Source: Salinispira sp.
GTDB lineage: Bacteria; Spirochaetota; Spirochaetia; DSM-27196; Salinispiraceae
Direction: 5' to 3'
DNA: 64,000 nucleotides
Assembly: GCA_965602015.1 (NCBI GenBank)
Contig: OZ271918.1
Span: forward strand, 3,584,001-3,648,000
Part shown: positions 19,685-30,758 of the stretch, one piece after another
How positions within the stretch are numbered: the first letter of the stretch is position 1
Layout: the number at the start of each line of letters is the position of its first letter
Made by a program: the position numbers and the translations under genes
The notes under the pieces: model-generated
Told to the model about the DNA's origin: nothing
The model's input: the letters and a program-made list of their open reading frames with translations, nothing else
Database searches by the model: none

Positions 19685-20710
19685 ATGCTCGCCCTTCAAT
19701 TTAAAATTCTCATTACACTGTCTGAGGTTCTCTGCAAATCCAGGAAGGACCTCATTTTTACATTGCTTGTTTTACGAAAAGAAAATGCGAATCTCCGACG
19801 ACAAATCAGAGAGCGGAAAATCCGGGCCAACAGCAGAGACCGGAGGTTTCTATCTTTGATTGGATCAATATCAAAACGTGCCTTGTCACAGCTATCAATT
19901 GTGTCTCCTGCAACGCTTCTTGCCTGGCAGAAAATGATAATAGCAAAGCGCTGGAAATATAAGCAGCAAAAACCGGGCAGGAAATCGACCCCAAAAGATT
20001 TGAAGAAGCTTATTCTGGAGATGAAACAAGACAATCAGTTATGGGGATGCCAGAGGATCGCAGATGAGCTGAAGAAACTGGATATTGCCATTCATCATAC
20101 TACAGTAAATCGCATCATTCAAACATATAGAAAAGAGTGCAGAATTAAAGCCTCCGGAGCCTGGAGAAAATTCCTGAAGGCACATTAGAATTCGCTCTTC
20201 GCAATGGACTTCATGAGTTTAGATACTATTCTCGGGAAGAGATCGTACCTGTTTTTAATTCTGGAGCTGAAATCCAGGAGAATATGCCAATGGACTGTTA
20301 CCGAACATCCAACGATCGAATTCGTTAAGCAACAAATGATTTATTTCGAAGAATATTGACCTCCAGATGCTGTTCTCATTCACGATAACACCCCGCAATT
20401 TACCCTGGTCGATTTTTCTCTTTATGGCGTTATGTCAAAGAATATAGCTTTGGCAGCGCCGAATATGAATGCATATGTCGAACGAACATTCGGTTCAATC
20501 CGACGAGAATCACTGGATAACTTTCTAATATTCTCGGAAAAGCAGGTTCGAAAAATTCTGTCTGAGTACATTGAATACTATAATCACTTGCGGCCTCATC
20601 AGGGTATAGGTCGTATTCCTGATGGGGGAAGGGAAAAATGTTCTGGTGAGATCAAGAAAGTGCCTGTATTGTCTGGTTTGCACCATCATTATTATCGAAG
20701 CAGCTCATAA
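19685..20710 (+). pseudogene. Integrase-core transposase pseudogene (paralogue of 21572-22597) with two in-frame stops
   Basis: Collinear with 21572 protein; TAG replaces W at ~20186, further TGA ~20357; ends GLHHHYYRSSS. Confidence 0.85.
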
Positions 20711-20818
20711 TATTTAAAAAGCTACGGCACAGGCGTCAAATCTCGTTCAAATATAGCGACTATAAATTACTCCGATCATCCTAAAACTAGCATAATCCAG
20801 CATCGGTATCAAGTGTAT

Positions 20819-21091
20819 TTATTGAACTGCTAAGTCTCTGAAATCCATGTTCAATGCCGCCATTGCTTTAAGATATGTATCGATATTGCAATTTTCACCA
20901 TTCTCAATTTTGCTGATCTGCTGTTGTGTGAGGTGCGCAATGCGAGCGGTTCCAGATTGGGATAACCCTTCATTTTCCCGCTTTCTCGCGATAGCAACGG
21001 CGAGATCGACTCTGAGTTTTTCCGCTTTTACCCTGCTATCAAGTTCCGGGTCGGATTGACGCAGACTCTCTTTAAAATCACTGAATTTCAT
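20819..21091 (-). CDS. XRE-family HTH antitoxin
   Basis: GLSQSGTARIAHLTQQQISKIENG; overlaps RelE-like gene. Confidence 0.85.
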   Translation of the reverse strand: MKFSDFKESLRQSDPELDSRVKAEKLRVDLAVAIARKRENEGLSQSGTARIAHLTQQQISKIENGENCNIDTYLKAMAALNMDFRDLAVQ

Positions 21092-21443
21092 TCTTCAACC
21101 TCTCTATATACTCAGACCTGATATTTTGGGCCCTCTTGATTTCTTTTTCAGGCACCTTTGAGGTATTCTTGATGAAGCGGTGGGTGAGCACAATGCGATT
21201 TTCAAGGATGAAGAAGTATAGAATACGTACCTGATTGTGAGCGACTTTGACTCGCAGTTCATGTATCCCATCCTTGAGAATGTCAGCATATGGTCGAGGC
21301 AGTAATGGACCTTCTTCCTGGAGCTTATCAATCCATGCCAAGACCTTATCACGATGCGACGGCTTGAGTTTTGTTAACCAATCTGCAAGCTCGCAGGAAC
21401 CATTCGTATCAGAATACAGCTCGATATCCCATCGTTTGTCCAC
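21078..21443 (-). CDS. RelE/ParE (Gp49-like) toxin
   Basis: LQEEGPLLPRPYADIL.DGIHELRV....RILYFF....IVLTHRFIKNTSKVP..EI.RA. Confidence 0.9.
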   Translation of the reverse strand: MDKRWDIELYSDTNGSCELADWLTKLKPSHRDKVLAWIDKLQEEGPLLPRPYADILKDGIHELRVKVAHNQVRILYFFILENRIVLTHRFIKNTSKVPEKEIKRAQNIRSEYIERLKNEIQ

Positions 21444-21495
21444 AAGTTAATTTACATCATAAAAGATGTGATTTCAATCGCTGAAAATCATAAAC

Positions 21496-22620
21496 GCGTG
21501 CTATAGTTTTTTTGACTGCAGACCTGTAATGCAGAAAATTTTCCTCATTCCGAATCTGCGATACTGAAAGTATGTTTCACTTCCTGATAAATCTCCTACG
21601 GGGAGTTCTGTTTCTATCTACTACAAAAAGAAAAGATTTGCTCTTTACTCTTTTGTTACTCCGGAAGGAGAATGAAATCTATCGACGTCATCTGAACCTT
21701 CGGAATGAAAGACTGCAAATGCGACGATCAGACCGGTTATCTCTCTCATTACTGTTGGGATTATCCAAGCGCGTAATTTCGCATCTGACAATTGTAAAAC
21801 CTCGGACACTGCTTGATTGGCAGCGTCAGTTCATCAAGAATTTCTGGACATATAAGCACAAGAAGTCCGGGAGAAAACCTGTTTCAGCAGAGATTAAAAA
21901 TCTGATCCTCGAAATGAAGCTGAATAACCAGATCTGGGGATGTCATCGAATCGCAGATGAACTCAATAAGCTTGAGATTAGACTACATCCGACAACCGTG
22001 AACAGAATCCTTCAAACTCATCGAAAGAACGGAAAGATTCAGTCGGTTGGAAGTTGGAGTAAGTTTCTGAAGATGCACTGGGATTCATTATTTGCCATGG
22101 ATTTCATGACTATTGATACGCTTTTCGGGAAACGACTCTACCTTTTCCTTGTCCTGCAGCTCAAAACCCGGAAGATTGCACACTGGAGTTTGACTGAGTA
22201 CCCGACCAGAGAATATGTGAAGCAGCAGTTGATTGATTTTTCTGAAAGGTATTCCCGTGCTTTGCTGATTCATGATAACGCACCACAGTTTTCAATCGAT
22301 TTTTCACTGTACGGTTTGAAGGGTAAAAACATAGCCATTGCCGCTCCGAATATGAATGCATTTGTCGAACGGGTTTTCGGCTCTGTTCGCAGAGAAGCGC
22401 TGGATCATTTTTTGATTATTTCAACGAAGCAGGTGCTGAATATTCTGAGAGAATACATTGAGTACTACAACTATCAACGCCCGCATCAGGGAATTGATCG
22501 GATTCCAGGTGCCGATAATGAAGTCGGGGACGGTGTAATCAGGAAAAATTCTGTATTATCCGGATTACACCATCATTATTATCGGAGTAGTGCTTAGCAG
22601 TTGAAAAAGCTATAGCACGC
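21496..22620 (+). mobile_element. Insertion sequence bounded by 24-bp imperfect inverted repeats
   Basis: GCGTGCTATAGTTTTTTTGACTGC (21496) vs GCAGTTGAAAAAGCTATAGCACGC (22597), 21/24 match; no clear TSD. Confidence 0.65.
21572..22597 (+). CDS. Integrase-core (rve) domain transposase
   Basis: WG..RI..EL.KL, AMDFMT, LIHDN, APNMNAFVER..GSVRRE.LDH, YYNYQRPHQGI, SGLHHHY. Confidence 0.9.
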   Translation: MFHFLINLLRGVLFLSTTKRKDLLFTLLLLRKENEIYRRHLNLRNERLQMRRSDRLSLSLLLGLSKRVISHLTIVKPRTLLDWQRQFIKNFWTYKHKKSGRKPVSAEIKNLILEMKLNNQIWGCHRIADELNKLEIRLHPTTVNRILQTHRKNGKIQSVGSWSKFLKMHWDSLFAMDFMTIDTLFGKRLYLFLVLQLKTRKIAHWSLTEYPTREYVKQQLIDFSERYSRALLIHDNAPQFSIDFSLYGLKGKNIAIAAPNMNAFVERVFGSVRREALDHFLIISTKQVLNILREYIEYYNYQRPHQGIDRIPGADNEVGDGVIRKNSVLSGLHHHYYRSSA

Positions 22621-23990
22621 CAATAAACCAGCTCAATCATAGTCGCATTGTGTTGCATATCAATATTGCTTAATAAAGCTTGAATCTGATCATAGTCAAT
22701 TTGTGTAATCCTTTCTTCAGTCAGTGCTTCATCAGCATCTGAAGCAACAAGCTGGATATCTTCTCTTAAGTCAATTATTTCAACAAATTGGTTGTTCAAT
22801 CGCTCTCTATCAGCTTCCATTGTTTGAGCAAAAATCTCAGCATCTCGATGAATCTGTGAGATTGCATTTGTACTAATAGACTGCAGATTGAATATAATTT
22901 CATTGGATAGACGTTTCTCCTGCCTATCCTGAGGGCGTATTACAAGTGATAGGTTTAACACTGGATAAATATTACCCAATCCAGAATCTCGAATAAGCTC
23001 TGGAAATGTGTTGGCTAAACCAGGGGAGTTGCTGAGTAGCAAATCAGTAGAAAATGAAAGCGATGAGGTATTACCTGTATTTCCCTGGTATCTGGAATCG
23101 ATTAAGTATGTGATCTCCACCGATTGAATCCTGAGGTCATAAATGTTCTGCACCCCTGATCTGACAAGAGCCGTAGAAATATCAGAGGGAGTCCAGTCAC
23201 TTAACAGACCTAATACCACAGCGGTTACCTGATAGCTGGCATAAAACGTGACTGAAAGCTCGCGTAGAGTGTTTTCCTTTTCGAAAAGTTGGTTTTTTGA
23301 TTCTAGTAACTGCAGTCGGGTATTGATGAGATCTATTTCATTGATCTGACCTAACTCTGAGAGTCGATGGTTGTCGCTCAATCTACGCTCTGGTTGTTGA
23401 ACAGAGTTGCGGAGGGACTCAACCTCTACTGTTGCGAGTGAAAGATTCTTCCAGTCCGTAAGAAAATCAGTAAAGAAATTTGTTATCGCAATCTTTCTTT
23501 TCACCTCTGCCCGTTGAGCAAGGAGTTCAGAAAGTGGGAGATTGCTGCGTTCAACTGTAAATATTGGGGTAGAAATGCCAATGCCGACGCCGATCTGTTG
23601 AGATAGGCCTGGCTCAGATTGATTCAAGGCATCTGTGGCAGAAAGTTCATGGGATACCTGTGCTGTTATATTTCCACCATTGGGAGTGGGGCGTGAGAGC
23701 TGGTGTTGGTATGCCAGAGATAGTGGCAATTCCGTTGACCTGTCATTAAAGGCATTGGGTACCGACATATTTAGTATTGAGGGGGCTGAAAAAGCATACT
23801 GAAGTGTCTCCTTTCCTTTTTGGATTTCAGCCTCAGAAAGTGCAATATTGTATTCAAGTTCAATCGTCCGAATCTCCGGTGCATTTTGAAGAACAATGGT
23901 TAAAAGTTCTTCGATTGACCGATGGCTATCCTGCGCAAAACTAAAACTCGATATCAGGATTAAGAGAACAAGCGAAACGTTTTTGATCAT
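22539..23990 (-). CDS. TolC family outer membrane protein (C-terminus runs into IS)
   Basis: Signal peptide, long helical segments, ELGQINEIDLINTRLQL motif, follows hlyD. Confidence 0.75.
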   Translation of the reverse strand: MIKNVSLVLLILISSFSFAQDSHRSIEELLTIVLQNAPEIRTIELEYNIALSEAEIQKGKETLQYAFSAPSILNMSVPNAFNDRSTELPLSLAYQHQLSRPTPNGGNITAQVSHELSATDALNQSEPGLSQQIGVGIGISTPIFTVERSNLPLSELLAQRAEVKRKIAITNFFTDFLTDWKNLSLATVEVESLRNSVQQPERRLSDNHRLSELGQINEIDLINTRLQLLESKNQLFEKENTLRELSVTFYASYQVTAVVLGLLSDWTPSDISTALVRSGVQNIYDLRIQSVEITYLIDSRYQGNTGNTSSLSFSTDLLLSNSPGLANTFPELIRDSGLGNIYPVLNLSLVIRPQDRQEKRLSNEIIFNLQSISTNAISQIHRDAEIFAQTMEADRERLNNQFVEIIDLREDIQLVASDADEALTEERITQIDYDQIQALLSNIDMQHNATMIELVYWRAIAFSTAKHYSDNNDGVIRIIQNFS

Positions 23991-25153
23991 GTGAGAAAAT
24001 CCAGCTTCTTCAATATTAGACGCAAAATTGTTGTTCGATCGGTTACAATCCTTGCTTCTGCTGCCATTCCAGCCCGCAGAGGAAATACCGTTCCTTCTCT
24101 GTTACTTACTTCATGAGCTGACAGATCAATTTGTGCTCGAAAAACTCTGTCGCCGTTGATATTCAGATCTGACTCGTTCGGAATGTAGGATAGGGTACCC
24201 TTTAACGATTGAAACTCAGAAACAGGAAAGCTCTCGAAACGGAGCACAACCTGCTGGCCAGTTTTAACAACACCGATGTCCTTTTGCTGGATAATAAGCT
24301 CTGCAGTAAAAGAGTCCAAATTTTCTGGAGTGATACGAATTAGCTCTTCATTAGAACCCACAATCTCACCAGGTGAGAATTCTTTAAGAAACTCCACGTT
24401 TCCAGTAATCGGTGCTGTGACTACAGACGCCTCCACATTTTCCAAAGTAGCTGTTTGTTCTTCCTGAAGTCTTGCTAATTGGGTTGAAAGATTCCGAATT
24501 TCAGATATCAGAAGAGCTTCATGTTTTGGGATGTACGCTTGTTTTTGGCTCTCCAGAGCTAAGTATGTGTATCGAAGTTGCTCAACTTCTGATGTGCTGC
24601 GCATTGCAGCCGGTAGCTGGTCGGCTTGAATCCATGCTAGACGCCCATTCTCGGTTTGAGCGGATAATTGGTTGAAAGAATAAAAAATTTCCTGGCTGCG
24701 AGCAAACGCGTAGGTGGATTGATGTGCCAGGTCAGGATTTCCTGCCTGTATCGCTGATAGAATTATTTGATTATCCGCGATGGTTTCCTCAATAGTTTGT
24801 ATCTCTTGGTTTATTCGCTGTAAGGAGGCGAGCAAAGATGTTGCTTCGATTGACCAAAGTAAATCGCCTTTTTGTACATAATCACCATTGTGGACGGCAC
24901 GTTCATTTATTCTTCCCTCCACTTCATTTTTAACCGTGATAATTTCTACTGTTGGACGAAGGATGGCCCTTGCTGGTACCCACTCATCAATCTCTCCGAA
25001 TAATGCCCAAATGAGTCCGATTGAGAAAATGGCGAGGATTGTGTACAGAAAAATAGTGCTGCCTGATTTGACATTCGTGGAGAAAAAGATGCTTGAATGT
25101 TTTAGCTTTTCTAATGGCAGTGTGTTGAATTTCAATTGAGGTACGCCTCCCAC
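23987..25153 (-). CDS. HlyD family membrane fusion protein
   Basis: TM anchor, VHNGDYVQKGDLL, VVTAPITGNV, DIGVVKTGQ, LRAGMAAEARI. Confidence 0.92.
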   Translation of the reverse strand: MGGVPQLKFNTLPLEKLKHSSIFFSTNVKSGSTIFLYTILAIFSIGLIWALFGEIDEWVPARAILRPTVEIITVKNEVEGRINERAVHNGDYVQKGDLLWSIEATSLLASLQRINQEIQTIEETIADNQIILSAIQAGNPDLAHQSTYAFARSQEIFYSFNQLSAQTENGRLAWIQADQLPAAMRSTSEVEQLRYTYLALESQKQAYIPKHEALLISEIRNLSTQLARLQEEQTATLENVEASVVTAPITGNVEFLKEFSPGEIVGSNEELIRITPENLDSFTAELIIQQKDIGVVKTGQQVVLRFESFPVSEFQSLKGTLSYIPNESDLNINGDRVFRAQIDLSAHEVSNREGTVFPLRAGMAAEARIVTDRTTILRLILKKLDFLT

Positions 25154-27281
25154 AGTCGAGAGTATGTTTTACCTGCATTGATTAGTTCTTCATGAGTTCC
25201 AGACTCTTGAACTTCTCCATCTGCCAGGAGGATTATCTGGTCGCATTTATTGATTGAACTCAGTCGGTGGGCCACCATGATAATAGTCATCCCGGTGCGC
25301 TTTAATTCAGAAATCGTCTGATGCAGCTCAAATTCTGAGAATGCATCGAGATTACTGGTTGCCTCATCAAAAATGAGGATATCGGGCTTAGTAACCAATG
25401 CACGTGCAATGGCTATACGCTGCTTTTCCCCTCCAGATAATCCTCCACCTTGTTCTGATAGCTCGGTGTCGTAACGCTGAGGCAGCTCGGAAATAAAGGT
25501 ATGAGCACCACTTCGTTTTGCTGCCTCGATGATCTCCTCCGCGTCAGCTCCCGGGTTCCCAAATGCGATGTTCTCTCGGATCGTTCCACTAAACAGAAAA
25601 ATATCTTGATTGACATAGCCAATCTTCTGTCTGAGGTGTACGGGATCAATATCCTCGATATCAACCTCGTTTATGGAAATTTTTCCACTTTCAGCTTTGT
25701 AAAGCTTCATAATGAGTTTGATTAGAGAAGATTTTCCACTGCCACTTGAGCCGGCGATGCCTACCGTCGAACCACCATTAATTTTGAATGCAATCTTCTT
25801 GAGCACCGTTTTTTTGAGCCGTATCGAAAATCTACATCCCGAAAAACGATATCACCGGATAATTCTTTGGGTTTAATCAACCTTCGGGATTCATCAATTT
25901 CGGTTTCAATATCGAGTATTTCACCGACACGACGAGCGGCTACAAAAGCTTCTTGTAGATTGGGCTGAAGATGGATAAGGTTTTGAAGTGGTCCAAGAAA
26001 ATATCCAATGAGGGCATTGAAGCTTATAAGCTGACCGAGAGAAATTTGATTTCCAAGGATCAAGGTGCTGCCAATCCAAAACAGAAGGTTGCGCCCCCAA
26101 CCATCAATGAGCCCAACAAGAGATTTTTGAATTATACCCATTTTGCTAGCATGATAAACCGGCCATGTTCGCTTCATGATTTTACTTTCAGCCTTATGAT
26201 AACTCTCTACCTCAGCGACCTGAGCTTTTACTGTCGCCATACCAGAAACGGTTTCTACAAGATTTGCCTGACTTTCCGCGTGTCCACCAAGGATTTGTTG
26301 ATATTTTCTTTTGAATGGGCCAGCAAACCCCCATACTATACCTGCGGAGAATGGTACAAACAGCAGTGCTATAAAAAACAGTGTTAGATTTTGTACAGCC
26401 AGGACAATGCCGATGCCGACCACCATGATGGTATCAAAAAACACCGAGAAGGTGGCCGAGGAGAGTGCTTCACGTATTCTCACGGTGTCACTTAGGCGCG
26501 AGAGAATTTCTCCGACCTTCCGTGAATCAAAAAATGAAAGTGGAAGCTTAAATAAATGGCTCAGATATCCTAGACTGATTGATAAATCAACTTTCATGCT
26601 GAATCCCACAAGTAAGCGGGATCGCACGGCTTCAAGCAATACTTGAAGAAGGGTTACCAGCAAAACTCCGATGGAAACCACATTCAGAGTAAGTTGTGAT
26701 TCAGAGAATAAAATATCATCAACCAGTATTCTGAAGTACATGGCACCGGCTATCCCCATGACAGTGATGAGAAGGCTGGCAATTACGGTGTGAAGGATGG
26801 TTTTTTTATGTGGCTGCAGTAATGGAAGAAAACGCTGGAAGAGCCCGAGACTTTCAGAACCCCGCTTAAAATCTGCACTTGGCGAAATGAAGACAACATA
26901 TCCTGTCCAGAGCTTAAGGAAATCTTCGATAGGCGTTTTGATATTTCCATCTGCGGGGTCCGCATAAGTTACTGTTTTTTGTGTTATTTTAGTGACGACG
27001 ACAAAATGAAATAAGCCTTCTTTGCTCAGATGAGCGATAAACGGCGTTTCAAGATCAGGTGTGAGAGCCTCGGCATCACCTTTCAGGGCTTGTGCATCGA
27101 AACCAATCCGTTCAGCAGACTCGATTAACCCTTTTAAATTTGTACTGTTCTTATCCGTACCAGCCCATTCCCGTGCTTGGGTAAGCGAAATGCGCTTCCC
27201 GTGATAGTTGGCAATCATGGTAATGCAGGCTGGACCGCAATCTGAGGAATCAAACTGTTTAATAAGCTTTACTCGGGACAT
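25132..27281 (-). pseudogene. C39 peptidase-containing ABC exporter, frameshifted at an A7 tract (25809-25815)
   Basis: QFDSSDCGPAC and HFVV C39 motifs plus TMD in one frame; GSSGSGKS, LSGGEKQR, DEAT in the next; one extra A gives FRYGSKKTVLKKI. Confidence 0.88.
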
Positions 27282-27559
27282 TATTGAGTCAAAACCTTTG
27301 AAATATGAGTTGCGAATTGTTGTTGATCTTCCCTGCTGGGGTTTAATCCATAGGCTTTTTTTATGGCTGATTCTAAACTGACAATTGCAGCAATGCTCCA
27401 GCCATATCTTTTTGCCTGGGCGTATGCTTCTACCGGCTTTATATACATTCCATTGTTTATTAGTACAGAGAGTGCAGTTTCGACTTTTTTTGAACTCCAG
27501 TTAGAATCTGGTGCGATCTTGTTTGGTACAGCAGAGTTCAAATATTCAATTAAGTCCAT
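27281..27559 (-). CDS. Hypothetical protein, first gene of the T1SS operon
   Basis: TAATG overlap with ABC start; no double-Gly leader evident. Confidence 0.6.
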   Translation of the reverse strand: MDLIEYLNSAVPNKIAPDSNWSSKKVETALSVLINNGMYIKPVEAYAQAKRYGWSIAAIVSLESAIKKAYGLNPSREDQQQFATHISKVLTQ

Positions 27560-27652
27560 ATCTGATGATACATTGGAATTTCGTATTGGGTCAATGAATT
27601 GGTTTTATCCGGAAAAATTTCCACATTCCAGAAGCATATTTATAATTGAAAA

Positions 27653-27926
27653 GGCGTCAATACTGGCGTCAGTAGCCAATTGACGCCAATAAAAAAGGAG
27701 TTTGGCCAAATGACCAAACTCCTAATCTCTTCCCCCGAAAGGGATTATGTTGCCCAGAAGAGGACTTGAACCTCCACGGGGTTGCCCCCACTAGAACCTG
27801 AATTATGTGCATGTCCTTATGTTGTCCATATACAGCTGTATATAGCCGCATAACAGGAACTTATGTCGTCCCCCGTCCATATGAAGCTTCTGGGCTTATA
27901 TAATAATGGCATCAATACTGGCATCA
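27653..27926 (-). repeat. att copy 3: attP-like junction with arm repeats on both sides of the core
   Basis: GGCGTCAATACTGGCGTCA (27653), inverted TGACGCCA (27681), core 27751-27802, GGCATCAATACTGGCATCA (27908). Confidence 0.85.
27751..27802 (-). pseudogene. Uninterrupted 3' half of tRNA-Leu(CAG) (att core; not a full tRNA)
   Basis: TTCAGGT anticodon loop, long variable arm GGGG-GCAA-CCCC, T-arm GGAGG-TTCAAGT-CCTCT, acceptor strand TCTGGGCA; 5' half absent. Confidence 0.9.
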
Positions 27927-28012
27927 GTGTTGTGCTTTTTGAAGTAAGCTTCAGTTCGTGCTAGCATATAATTAACTATATTTCGGGTCGCTTTATTTGA
28001 ACGAGGATATTA

Positions 28013-29962
28013 ATGGATTTTCGAGAAATAATGCAAAAACATGGACTAGCTAAGAGTTGGACCTACGAACCAGAACCAGATATTGATTTTGGGTACAAGG
28101 AGGGCCTGACCTGCTTAGACGCTGGATACACTGAGGCAAATGCTAAAGCCGTTGCGATGGCTATTATAGGTACCGCATTATTACGGCCAATGTGTGAGTA
28201 TGAAATCATTGAGCAAGAAGTTACATCCTTTGATCCATCGACTGGAAAATATTACACGGAAGTCAGTCGAAGTGACGAAAGCTCAGTGGGAAAAGCGACT
28301 GGAACCCTTGAGCAGATAATCATCCTCTGCTCGATTAGCTTTATAAAATGGCCTTTGAGAATGATGGACATTCCTTTCGCAGGTAGTATTAGTATCGGAT
28401 TATTTGCCAGGAGCGAATTAGCTGAAGTTGATGGTTTCTTTACGATTAAGTCAGGTAGAGTACTACCCTCTAAAAAGTGTAATCATCTTATAGGCGACCT
28501 TTCCGCCTGGCTTGGACAAGATAAAATCCAAAAATTTATGACCACCGTGCTTCCTGAGTATGCCGATGCCCCACCATTCTTTGACCTGAAGATCGTCTCA
28601 TATTCAATTGAGCCTCCTTTCTACATTATTGAGAACTCGAGAATGGATGATAATAATCTGTCTATTGAACAGAAGAGGATATATCAGTATTTCACCCAAT
28701 TATATAGCTGTGTTATCGGAAATTTCGAACAAGGGAGAGCTAATTTTCGAGAGCTTGAAGCTGAAGCGAAAACTCGACATCACACAAGGATTACCGCTTG
28801 GGAGTCGATGACTGATGCGCTCGATGGGATTGATCAAACTGAAGAATGGAAAGCATGGCGTGAGAATGGCCCTATTGAAAGCGAAACAAAAAGTACCTGG
28901 AAACGAACCAATGCTAAAGTCTTCCGGGGCCAGGTAACAAAGGGAGACATTGAACCAGATGATTGGTTTTGGTACGAGTATGAGTTTTCATACCAGGGTG
29001 AAAACGGACAAGTAGTCAAAGGTCGCTGGAAGCGACGAATCTTTCAGTTGATTGGTCCGGATAACGATTACCTCAAAGAACTCACGACTATAGACCACCA
29101 ATTTGAAATCTTGTATCGAATCGGGGAAATAAAACATTTCGCCATAGACTTTGAAACCAACTTCCGACATTTCCTGGAACAGCAGTATCTGGCAGGATCT
29201 GAACAATTCACATCGACCGGACTTCCTTCTCGCTTGGGTAATTTGATGCTTGAGTATGATCATAATGATGACAGGATAACGGTACGTTTTATTCAAGGTG
29301 AAGGGAAGAAAAATGATTTGATCAACTTCACCTGGACAATGATTGCATCCGGCTACAAAAATATATGCTTCTCATTTTCTGAAGACGCAAAGGTGGCGGG
29401 ATGGGGTCGTATGCATCCAATTGGATCATCGCTTGGGTTCGCTGCACTGAAGAAGTACCTTGAGTTGATCGGTGGAAGCTTTTCTGAAGAGTCAGAACTT
29501 TTTGATTTTGACTCAGTGTTGAATAAAGTAATTGAAGATACTCGTGCCGGCAGGTTCATTCGACCAGAAATCAATTGGGAAAATCCTGATGACTATATTC
29601 CAATGGGCCCTCGACCAGAACACTCTGTATCTGAAATACTCAAGCAGATTTATTTTGATTATGGGAAACTGGGCCAATTTATGTATTGGACGCTTTTTTT
29701 AAAACCAGAACCGGGTAGTGAAATATCAGGTTTTGTGGAGCTGCCAGCGTGTATAAATGATGAAGAAAAATTTTGGTATTCGATGTGTTATCTAAAACAC
29801 GGAGAAAACAAGCACCCTGACTTGGTTAAAGTATTGATAAGGGTTGTTCAAGATAACATAGATATAAATCCTTCAGAGGTGGCAAAAACAGTATTATCGG
29901 CAGATTATCCTGATCTGGAAAAAGCACGGGAAGAAATACGAAAACTAATCCAAGAAGACTAA
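28013..29962 (+). CDS. Hypothetical protein (649 aa)
   Basis: Long uninterrupted ORF with GAGGA RBS; no family recognised. Confidence 0.8.
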   Translation: MDFREIMQKHGLAKSWTYEPEPDIDFGYKEGLTCLDAGYTEANAKAVAMAIIGTALLRPMCEYEIIEQEVTSFDPSTGKYYTEVSRSDESSVGKATGTLEQIIILCSISFIKWPLRMMDIPFAGSISIGLFARSELAEVDGFFTIKSGRVLPSKKCNHLIGDLSAWLGQDKIQKFMTTVLPEYADAPPFFDLKIVSYSIEPPFYIIENSRMDDNNLSIEQKRIYQYFTQLYSCVIGNFEQGRANFRELEAEAKTRHHTRITAWESMTDALDGIDQTEEWKAWRENGPIESETKSTWKRTNAKVFRGQVTKGDIEPDDWFWYEYEFSYQGENGQVVKGRWKRRIFQLIGPDNDYLKELTTIDHQFEILYRIGEIKHFAIDFETNFRHFLEQQYLAGSEQFTSTGLPSRLGNLMLEYDHNDDRITVRFIQGEGKKNDLINFTWTMIASGYKNICFSFSEDAKVAGWGRMHPIGSSLGFAALKKYLELIGGSFSEESELFDFDSVLNKVIEDTRAGRFIRPEINWENPDDYIPMGPRPEHSVSEILKQIYFDYGKLGQFMYWTLFLKPEPGSEISGFVELPACINDEEKFWYSMCYLKHGENKHPDLVKVLIRVVQDNIDINPSEVAKTVLSADYPDLEKAREEIRKLIQED

Positions 29963-30077
29963 ACCACTATCCTCGTACTTTGGGTGACTTTTTTATCTTC
30001 GTCTGTTTACATTTTCTAAGTGGGGGGGCATTACCCGCCATAAAAGAGTAAGACCAATTCGACAAGTAGAATTAAAA

Positions 30078-30758
30078 TCAGTTTGATAAATAATCGATAT
30101 AATCATCAATGTCTTTGGTGATCATATACGTGAAATAGTATGATGGATCAGCAATGGGATTTTCAATTCTTATAATGATTGGAAATTCTAACAACGTATC
30201 GAAAGGTACTGTTACCATCCTTCCCCAGGGTAGATCTGACTCATCAATTTCATCTGAGTCTATTTCATTTTGTTCAGCCCTTTGAGCGTATATCCAGGCT
30301 TCATCAGCGTTCAACTTCAAAATATCTTGATATTGAACCACTTCATTTGCATCAAATATTGTAACGAGAAAATTCTGTGGATCAATGTACTCAAATGCTG
30401 TGGCCATGAGATCAAATGTTAGCTGTCCACCGAGAGGAAGCCAATCGAATTCTTCGATACCTGGTTTCGAGGCGCTTCCAATCAATTCATAGCCATCGAA
30501 TAAATTTTGCTGACTAGAAAATACAACATACGCATACCAGGGGCCGGTTTGAATGTCCTCACCAATTAAATAGGTGAAGAACACATCAGTGTCCGAGCTA
30601 AAGGATATTGCCAGCTGAAACTCATCAAGCCATGAATTGTAAATTGATTCAGAGGTTGTGCAGCTACTTAGTACAAATGCAACGATCATCATTATTATGA
30701 TCGAGCTTATATACCTGTGTGCTCGGAAAAAATCAATATGTGGCCGATGGCTTTTCAT
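30078..30758 (-). CDS. Hypothetical lipoprotein
   Basis: Hydrophobic stretch ending LSSC; AAGGAA RBS. Confidence 0.7.
   Translation of the reverse strand: MKSHRPHIDFFRAHRYISSIIIMMIVAFVLSSCTTSESIYNSWLDEFQLAISFSSDTDVFFTYLIGEDIQTGPWYAYVVFSSQQNLFDGYELIGSASKPGIEEFDWLPLGGQLTFDLMATAFEYIDPQNFLVTIFDANEVVQYQDILKLNADEAWIYAQRAEQNEIDSDEIDESDLPWGRMVTVPFDTLLEFPIIIRIENPIADPSYYFTYMITKDIDDYIDYLSN

Noticed and set aside
18011..20359. Stop-codon recoding in transposases with in-frame TAG/TGA
   Set aside because: Mixed stop types, an intact paralogue nearby and normal TAG/TGA termination elsewhere indicate pseudogenes
16287..27926. Repeats as a CRISPR array or as functional tRNA genes
   Set aside because: Copies are kb apart with no regular spacers or cas genes; only tRNA 3' halves are present
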